DNA of 24,823 nucleotides. Origin: Candidatus Woesebacteria bacterium. Lineage in GTDB: Bacteria; Patescibacteriota; Microgenomatia; UBA1406; GWC2-37-13. The translations under genes and the position numbers were made by a program. Positions 9,046 to 14,774 of the stretch are shown here, piece after piece (position 1 is the stretch's first letter; each line of letters begins with the position of its first letter). The stretch lies in NCBI GenBank assembly GCA_017993865.1, contig JAGOLU010000001.1:1-24823 (forward strand), read 5' to 3'. The notes under the pieces are model-generated. The model saw nothing but the letters and a program-made list of their open reading frames with translations. It had not been told where the DNA came from and did no database searches.

Positions 9046-9054
9046 ATTGTACCA
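9046..9054 (-). promoter_or_regulatory. Extended -10 promoter (TG-g-TACAAT)
   Basis: TACAAT ends 8 nt before ATG 9037. Confidence 0.55.
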
Positions 9055-9221
9055 GGGAAGACACACTTCATTCTGGTCTAGCAATCAAAACATAGCAGAA
9101 AAGCCTTCTCCCCAAACTATCCACAAAAAATTCCATGAAAATATTAGACTGTCAGGAAGAGCTAAAGTATTATTAAAATAATATAGGTTATCCTATAACA
9201 AGATGGAAATTAAATATAGGC

Positions 9222-9250
9222 TTGACAAACAAAAAAGAGAGTACTACTAT
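9222..9250 (+). promoter_or_regulatory. Near-consensus sigma70 promoter P1
   Basis: TTGACA (9222-9227), 17 nt, TACTAT (9245-9250). Points into the intergenic region with no large ORF downstream; predicted TSS about 9255-9257. Confidence 0.75.
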
Positions 9251-9264
9251 TGAAGTATTCAATT

Positions 9265-9396
9265 CCGCTCAATTGGGGACGAGTAAGGAATCAGAAGTCA
9301 TGCAGAAGCTTTGGCATGATTATTTGAAGAAAGAACGTTAGCTAATACAAGAAAAAAGAGCATCATTACCGCTCGTAAATTGGGGACGACGAGTAA
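9265..9396 (+). repeat. Imperfect direct repeat CCGCTC-(GTA)-AATTGGGGAC-(GAC)-GAGTAA, two copies
   Basis: Copy 1 at 9265-9286, copy 2 at 9369-9396. Copy 2 has symmetric 3-nt insertions either side of the identical 10-nt loop. Confidence 0.9.
9300..9341 (+). CDS. Candidate 13-aa peptide MQKLWHDYLKKER
   Basis: ATG 9300 to TAG 9341. SD-like TAAGGA (9284-9289) 10 nt upstream, partly paired in hairpin 1. Translation unproven. Confidence 0.3.
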   Translation: MQKLWHDYLKKER

Positions 9397-9412
9397 TAAT
9401 GCTCTTCCTTCT
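9352..9412. terminator. Probable bidirectional intrinsic terminator
   Basis: Stem AAGAGCATCATTA...CTCGT / ACGAG-TAATAATGCTCTT. Six U follow the stem on the minus strand (A6 at 9352-9357); TTCCTTCT follows on the plus strand. Confidence 0.7.
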
Positions 9413-9436
9413 ATCGATATCTTTCTATATCGATAC
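9352..9436 (-). ncRNA. Candidate antisense sRNA (about 85 nt) from P2
   Basis: Begins at the predicted P2 TSS with a perfect 9-bp hairpin (TATCGATAT/ATATCGATA, 9412-9435). Ends in the terminator with loop CGUCCCCAAUUU plus U6. Confidence 0.5.
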
Positions 9437-9441
9437 CGAAC

Positions 9442-9470
9442 ATCCTATCAGTAGATATAACTCCTGTCAA
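9442..9470 (-). promoter_or_regulatory. Sigma70 promoter P2, convergent with P1
   Basis: Minus strand: TTGACA (9470-9465), 17 nt, TAGGAT (9447-9442), with extended TG-n; predicted TSS about 9434-9437. Confidence 0.7.
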
Positions 9471-9505
9471 TCACCATGGGTAGTGTAGTGATTTTTTTAG
9501 AGACA

Positions 9506-10975
9506 CTAATGAGTGCCTGCACCCTTCGCTGCATCCCCAATCATTGTGGTCATCATTTGAAAGAGTGCAAATATGCCCATCATGGCAATGTCAGAGCCAT
9601 GATCTTTAAAGAATTTAGAGAGCCAGGCAACTTTTTCTTTCATCTGCTCATCAGTCAGTCCCCGTGATTCTCCAAAATGTTTTAGGATAATGCTTGCAAG
9701 TGAGTTCTTGTCTTTAAGGTCATCTGCCTTCAATTCGAAAAATGCAGCTGGATCAGTAATATTTTCTAGCTTATCTCCCAATAGTTTTGCGAGATCTGCG
9801 CTCCCTCTCCCATCTTGCACATCTTGCAGAAGTTCAAAGACAGTGTTGCCCTGTTTCTTTCCGGCAAGTATATTTTTTACCAGGAGCTTTTCTTTTTGCA
9901 ACTGGTCTTTGTCAGCAGTAAGTTCCTTCTCTCTATCTGGTGTGATAGTCGGAGCCCGTAATGCGCTCTCGATTTGTGCGATATCTTTATCGATATCAGT
10001 AAGTCTCTCCTGTAATTTTGGCCTACCTGCGACTTTAATTATCTCCAAAATAGCTTCTGTGCTGGGGTCTTCGCCTCCTTCCATTGCGTCAATATATTTT
10101 TGTATAGTAGCAGAGTCGCCTGTCCTCGCTGTGTCTGCATCAACAAAGGTTTTCATTCTTACTGCTAGCCCCTTAACTTGATCTCTGGAAGGGCGAAGTT
10201 TGTCACCGGCTTCTGAATCGAGCAGTGTTGAATCAACTCCTTTTGCTGGTTCAAGCACATGGTTAGGGTCTGACGTATTGGCATGTTCTGCATAGGCAAT
10301 AGTCATAGGCCTCAGCACAGCCTTCACTCCTTGTTCTACTAGTCGTGGATTCACGGTAGCTGGTTTATCCAGACCAGACTGGATTTGGGAGTGTTGCGCG
10401 AGGATATAACTATCAACGAACGTTTGCTCATCGATAATGTGGGGACCCTTATTACCATCTGAATCCTGCAGGATACAACAGTACTGTATTGTGCCCTCGG
10501 CAGTACGGAGACGTGCATGTACAGTATGAATCTCGTATTCGCCCTTTTTGATAGCACTTGGTTGTTCACTTGACACGCCACCTGCGCGAACGTCATACGA
10601 AGGAATAGCTCTGCCGTTTACTACTCTAAACCTTGGTCTAGGCTCATTTGGTGCAAATCTACGATGCTCGTCGTCTGTCGCAGTAAAGTCAACCGTGGGA
10701 TCAGCAACGTTGATCTCATCTAAACTATTAAATATTTCTGCGCTCATGGCCTCACCCAATACCCCAAAAGCCGTTTCTGCAGAATTAGCGTTTTGCTTTT
10801 GTTCTGCGGTTGCGGTTTGTGTCTTTCTATGTGAGTCTACTGCCAACGATGTTATTAATCTTTTGGCTTTATCACTTTCAGATTCCTGAATCATGCCCTT
10901 TTCTGCACTAGGAGGCTTTACGACAGTCTCGATTGCATTGTGTGTAGGGGCATTCGCCCACGACTCAGTTGACAT
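9506..10975 (-). CDS. Hypothetical tail-anchored protein, 489 aa (disordered N-terminus, small beta domain, coiled-coil hairpin, C-terminal hydrophobic helix)
   Basis: Long ORF; ATG 10975 sits 6 nt after a -10 box. Heptads ERLTDIDKDIAQIESAL...DKDQLQKEKLLVKNIL. C-terminus IAMMGIFALFQMMTTMIGDAAKGAGTH. Confidence 0.8.
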   Translation of the reverse strand: MSTESWANAPTHNAIETVVKPPSAEKGMIQESESDKAKRLITSLAVDSHRKTQTATAEQKQNANSAETAFGVLGEAMSAEIFNSLDEINVADPTVDFTATDDEHRRFAPNEPRPRFRVVNGRAIPSYDVRAGGVSSEQPSAIKKGEYEIHTVHARLRTAEGTIQYCCILQDSDGNKGPHIIDEQTFVDSYILAQHSQIQSGLDKPATVNPRLVEQGVKAVLRPMTIAYAEHANTSDPNHVLEPAKGVDSTLLDSEAGDKLRPSRDQVKGLAVRMKTFVDADTARTGDSATIQKYIDAMEGGEDPSTEAILEIIKVAGRPKLQERLTDIDKDIAQIESALRAPTITPDREKELTADKDQLQKEKLLVKNILAGKKQGNTVFELLQDVQDGRGSADLAKLLGDKLENITDPAAFFELKADDLKDKNSLASIILKHFGESRGLTDEQMKEKVAWLSKFFKDHGSDIAMMGIFALFQMMTTMIGDAAKGAGTH

Positions 10976-11025
10976 AAGAAAAATATACTTGATTACTGCG
11001 TTCAATACAACTATATTTGTACTAT
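10976..11025. promoter_or_regulatory. Overlapping divergent sigma70 promoters in a 50-bp gap
   Basis: Plus: TTGATT (10989-10994), 17 nt, TATATT (11012-11017), 8 nt, ATG 11026. Minus: TTGTAT (11010-11005), 17 nt, TATATT (10987-10982), 6 nt, ATG 10975. Confidence 0.7.
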
Positions 11026-14000
11026 ATGGCGGAATTTGGCAATTCTTCGGGTGGCAACAAAAAGAAAGATGGTTTTACTCCTGGTTTCAGAGACAGAGGT
11101 GGTATGTGGGGTTTGATAAAAAGAACACCAGGGAGCGCAGGTGGAGCGGTGAAAGAAATCTTGGTTGGTCGAAAAAGGAACAATGATCCGGCTCCTCCAG
11201 ACAATCAGATCCGCAGAGATCAATTTGTGTATGACGTCGACAATAAACAAGGTGTTGTTGATGAGCATGGCAGACGCAAAGATTATGACAAGAGAGAGGA
11301 TATGAACCCCAAACTCGAGAAAGTGTACCCTTCCATGGAGGCATTCTGGCGCACTCACGCAGAAAATTTATGTAATTTGCGCCGCTCACATCCTGATTTA
11401 TTTAATGATAAGTCAAGCTATTTGTATCATCAATGGCTCCAGGTGCGGACATTTCTGACTGATGCAGGGCCTAATGCAGTAGGGCAGATTGATGAAAACA
11501 AAATTAAAGAGTACTTCCAGACTGCTGATGGCTACAACGAAACCATGCGCTACATGGAAGAAGAGGCCTTCCGGATAGAGTGCGCTAATAATATCGTTGA
11601 AATAACAAAAAATGGGTATAAACCAGGAGGTCTTGATGCAGTAAATTTGGGCTTGATAACACCCGCAGACAGGTTGGCAGGCATAGCACGCCTGGGCACA
11701 GGAGTAGTTTCCTCAGTAGAGGCACTTCTGCTTACTGTCTACTTTATGAAGACGTGGGGGGCGTTGGTGCCAAGCATGCTTGCTGCGGTCCCTGCTGCAC
11801 TTCTGACGACCATGGGCCCATGGCTTGTAGGTGGCGCAGTTGCTGCGATACCGTTCGCAGTGATGATCAATAGATTAGATCAGCTTTTTAAGACAGGTAC
11901 CCCTGAACAACTCATGCTACAGTGCAACAGCATGATTCAAACCATACAACGCTCTTCAAATTATGCGGGAGAAAGAGCGTATTTGCGTGGTATGTACGGG
12001 ATTGACCCAGGCGAGCTGCGTGTTCCACAACCAATACCTAATGCTCCACTTGGCACCCCTGTTCCACCTACGACTTTTGCCCTGGGAGGAATAACAACAG
12101 GAGGATGGGAAGGTAGTAAGAAGCAGCTATTAAAAATAAAGGAAGCGAGAAGAATATTCTACGACCAGGTGATGGACATTCCCGAACAAAGTATGTTCGG
12201 GTTGCCCGAAGAAGCATTTATTGATAATCAAGGAAACTACCGATCACAGGTGACTCCTGAAGGAGAAGGGGTTAAATATCAGCAGGAAGTCTGGAGTAGA
12301 TTTGAAGAGTTGGGAGGACATTTTATAAGAGAGCAGAATTCAGCTGGAGCTGAAGTATTCCGCAGGCTTACTGCGGTCGAATCGCTCAGCAGGTTTCAGC
12401 AAGCACGCAGAGAGGTAATTATGGGGCAGGTGCAAGTAAAGGCTGAGCTAATTATCAACAGCGATCGTCAAATTACTCTTAACGAACAAGAAAAAGTTTT
12501 GGGGGCTAGAAAGGCGCTCATAGACAAACAGAATGGGCAAGTGCGTACCAAAGAAAAAGAGCAACAAAAGAAAAACATTGCTCTTGCCACAGATATAAAT
12601 GAAGGTAAAGATGGCAAGCCCGGCTTAAATCAGTATGCAGAAGAGTGGAAGGGCACGACGACGGGGAGTGCAGAAAGTAGATTGAAGGGAGTGATGGACG
12701 TGCGACAAGAGGTATATGACAAAGTTTCACTCATTATTCCCTTTACCCGACCAGTTGGAGAGATATCAGTTGCTGAGATTGCGGCAGCAATTAAAGAACT
12801 GAAAGACAAGAAAATTGGAATCCCAAGTAAAAAGGGAACGTTGGAGAATAAAAAGAAGGAGTTGGTTGACGAAATTAAACTTACACCACCTAAGGTGAAA
12901 GTGGGAGTAGACGCTAAGAAAGGGGATATCATGGCAGATAATCCCGAACTTGAAAGACTTAGAAACGAGCATCAAAGAATTATCGACGAAATAGACAAAG
13001 TAAGAGCGCAAATAACCGAATTGCAGTCTCTCAGCATTAAGTTGCAAAATGAACGAGCAAAGTACGACCCTTCGAATGAACATGGCAAAGCATTTGTAGA
13101 AACATTCAAAAAAATGAGCGAGGCATACGCGAAACTAGTGGATGCTGGTGGGAGAAGAGACGCAGTGGTGTTTGGACCAGCAATAACGGCAGCTGATGTG
13201 TCGACATATTTAGGCGGTTATCCTGGGTCATTTAGTGTGCTTGATGCTGGAGGTGCTGTATCCCTGAGGAGTGGCATGTCCGGATTGATGACCACGCTTG
13301 CAAACGAGGCAAAGCCTCCATTGTGGAACGAAGATGAGAACGAATTTCATGAGCATAGAATGACTGTTATTTACGCTGTGGCTTATGCACGCGCTATTCC
13401 TAAACTAGATGCACTCGCAGCAGCTCCGACCAGCGGAGCTAAAGAATACATTGCTGGAGGAGCCACAATTGCTGCTCTTTTTCAAACCGGATTGGCAGAC
13501 GGCAAATTTAACGAGCTTACTTTGCTGGCGAGCAATCCTACGGAGCTTGCAGGTTTGGGGGTTGTTGGAGGGGTAGATATGTTAGCGGGAGATAATGTTG
13601 GATTGCGCGCATACGCACAAGCTCGAAATGACATACTAACCAAAACCATCGAAGAGTTGGTGCTCGAACATGACCGTAGTAAGCAAGTTGCTGTTAAACA
13701 AGAAGAAGATATCGATAAGAAATACGATGCGCAAGAAAGCAGGTATCAAGTGCTGATTGACCTTATCAAAGCGGAAAAAGGTGCTGATCAATCGGCCAAA
13801 GTGAGCTCTCAAGTCTTTATGCGCGGGCTGACAGGAATTGCTTCTGTTACCCATCTTACTGATAGGAGGGTTCTTGCTTTTCGAAGTCAGCTCGAACAAG
13901 ATATATACTTAGATTATGAAAAAGAGTTCATGTTACAACATCCAGATTTCCCTCCAGCTATGTTAGAGTTTTTGGATGTTGTGTTTCAGTTCAGAAAGAA

Positions 14001-14403
14001 CACAGAAGGTAAGGAAGAATTGAAAATAATTTATGACTTACTTATAAAGATGAGTGCGATAGGCAATATCGTGGAAAGGAGTCCTCAAATCATGTTGGCG
14101 GACATAATATATCAATCGACTCCTGGCATTCAGGAAATGCTCAATATTACGCGCAACGAGGGGATTAGTGGGCAAGTACAAGGTGGGCCCCCCATAGGGC
14201 CAACGTGGGATCAGATCGTGCTGCAAGCGTTCCAGAATCGACAAATCGGGTATAGGCTTCCCGTTCCGCCAGTGGTGCCACAATTATATCGACCATGTCA
14301 ACCACACCCATATTCAACAACCGAAATGAATAACATCTTTTTGTCAATACAACACATGATTATCGAGAAAGCCGCCAACAATGGGGTAGTTGCGACGCTG
14401 TAG
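11026..14403 (+). CDS. Large hypothetical protein, 1125 aa, with internal Gly/Ala-rich hydrophobic region and long coiled coils
   Basis: Long ORF, first gene of a three-gene operon (gaps 23 and 3 nt). No Sec signal. Hydrophobic stretch 11674-11868; heptad regions about 12480-13070 and 13600-13780. Confidence 0.85.
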   Translation: MAEFGNSSGGNKKKDGFTPGFRDRGGMWGLIKRTPGSAGGAVKEILVGRKRNNDPAPPDNQIRRDQFVYDVDNKQGVVDEHGRRKDYDKREDMNPKLEKVYPSMEAFWRTHAENLCNLRRSHPDLFNDKSSYLYHQWLQVRTFLTDAGPNAVGQIDENKIKEYFQTADGYNETMRYMEEEAFRIECANNIVEITKNGYKPGGLDAVNLGLITPADRLAGIARLGTGVVSSVEALLLTVYFMKTWGALVPSMLAAVPAALLTTMGPWLVGGAVAAIPFAVMINRLDQLFKTGTPEQLMLQCNSMIQTIQRSSNYAGERAYLRGMYGIDPGELRVPQPIPNAPLGTPVPPTTFALGGITTGGWEGSKKQLLKIKEARRIFYDQVMDIPEQSMFGLPEEAFIDNQGNYRSQVTPEGEGVKYQQEVWSRFEELGGHFIREQNSAGAEVFRRLTAVESLSRFQQARREVIMGQVQVKAELIINSDRQITLNEQEKVLGARKALIDKQNGQVRTKEKEQQKKNIALATDINEGKDGKPGLNQYAEEWKGTTTGSAESRLKGVMDVRQEVYDKVSLIIPFTRPVGEISVAEIAAAIKELKDKKIGIPSKKGTLENKKKELVDEIKLTPPKVKVGVDAKKGDIMADNPELERLRNEHQRIIDEIDKVRAQITELQSLSIKLQNERAKYDPSNEHGKAFVETFKKMSEAYAKLVDAGGRRDAVVFGPAITAADVSTYLGGYPGSFSVLDAGGAVSLRSGMSGLMTTLANEAKPPLWNEDENEFHEHRMTVIYAVAYARAIPKLDALAAAPTSGAKEYIAGGATIAALFQTGLADGKFNELTLLASNPTELAGLGVVGGVDMLAGDNVGLRAYAQARNDILTKTIEELVLEHDRSKQVAVKQEEDIDKKYDAQESRYQVLIDLIKAEKGADQSAKVSSQVFMRGLTGIASVTHLTDRRVLAFRSQLEQDIYLDYEKEFMLQHPDFPPAMLEFLDVVFQFRKNTEGKEELKIIYDLLIKMSAIGNIVERSPQIMLADIIYQSTPGIQEMLNITRNEGISGQVQGGPPIGPTWDQIVLQAFQNRQIGYRLPVPPVVPQLYRPCQPHPYSTTEMNNIFLSIQHMIIEKAANNGVVATL

Positions 14404-14426
14404 TATTATCAAGTATTTGAACCACT

Positions 14427-14771
14427 ATGCCAAAATCATTGGAAATACACGACATTATTCGGATTTTACCCTTTGCGGAAGTCTTCCGGACAAAGTTGCT
14501 TGAACTCTACCCTAACAAACTAGACGAGGATCGCAGACTCGCTTTGGAGCGATATCTCTGGAAAGCGTTTTATTTGTATTTTGACGCACTGTATGAAGAA
14601 AACTTACAATTGATGATCAATGACACTAAAAACAACCTTCCTCCAGATTACCATGACCAACTATTAGCAAAGACACATGAACAAATAAACCAGGGTGTGG
14701 TTACCACTAAAGCAGATGCACAAATACATGTCCTGAGAGGCGAGCTACAAAAGTTAATAACTCCTTCATAA
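14427..14771 (+). CDS. Small all-alpha hypothetical protein, 114 aa
   Basis: Fills the gap between two giant genes; amphipathic helical pattern, no TM segment. Confidence 0.8.
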   Translation: MPKSLEIHDIIRILPFAEVFRTKLLELYPNKLDEDRRLALERYLWKAFYLYFDALYEENLQLMINDTKNNLPPDYHDQLLAKTHEQINQGVVTTKADAQIHVLRGELQKLITPS

Positions 14772-14774
14772 CGC

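Larger units (their letters stand above)
9257..9412 (+). ncRNA. Candidate structured RNA (about 155 nt) from P1, carrying a small ORF
   Basis: Hairpin 1: ATTCC-GCTC/GAGT-aa-GGAAT (9262-9291). Hairpin TCATGC/GCATGA (9298-9319). Long hairpin 9356-9406 followed by a pyrimidine tail. Boundaries inferred. Confidence 0.45.

Noticed and set aside
9065-9220. Replication origin (AT-rich, CTATCCACA at 9117-9125)
   Set aside because: A single one-mismatch DnaA box, no box cluster and no dnaA/dnaN nearby.
9265-9396. Two-repeat mini CRISPR array
   Set aside because: Only two imperfect copies about 82 nt apart, too long for a spacer, and no cas genes in the window.
9257-9412. Known riboswitch or housekeeping RNA (c-di-AMP, TPP, T-box, SRP, 6S, tRNA)
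   Set aside because: I could not find their conserved cores by eye; an Rfam search is still needed.
9476-9667. 63-aa plus-strand ORF as the P1 product
   Set aside because: It lies beyond the terminator, antisense to the 489-aa gene, with no coding-like features.
9690-10181. 163-aa antisense ORF
   Set aside because: Ser/Leu/Phe-rich shadow of the charged coiled-coil gene on the other strand.
14340-14403. Third copy of the DAAKxA tail in the 1125-aa protein (IIEKAANNG)
   Set aside because: Different residue order and no TM-length helix; too weak to count.
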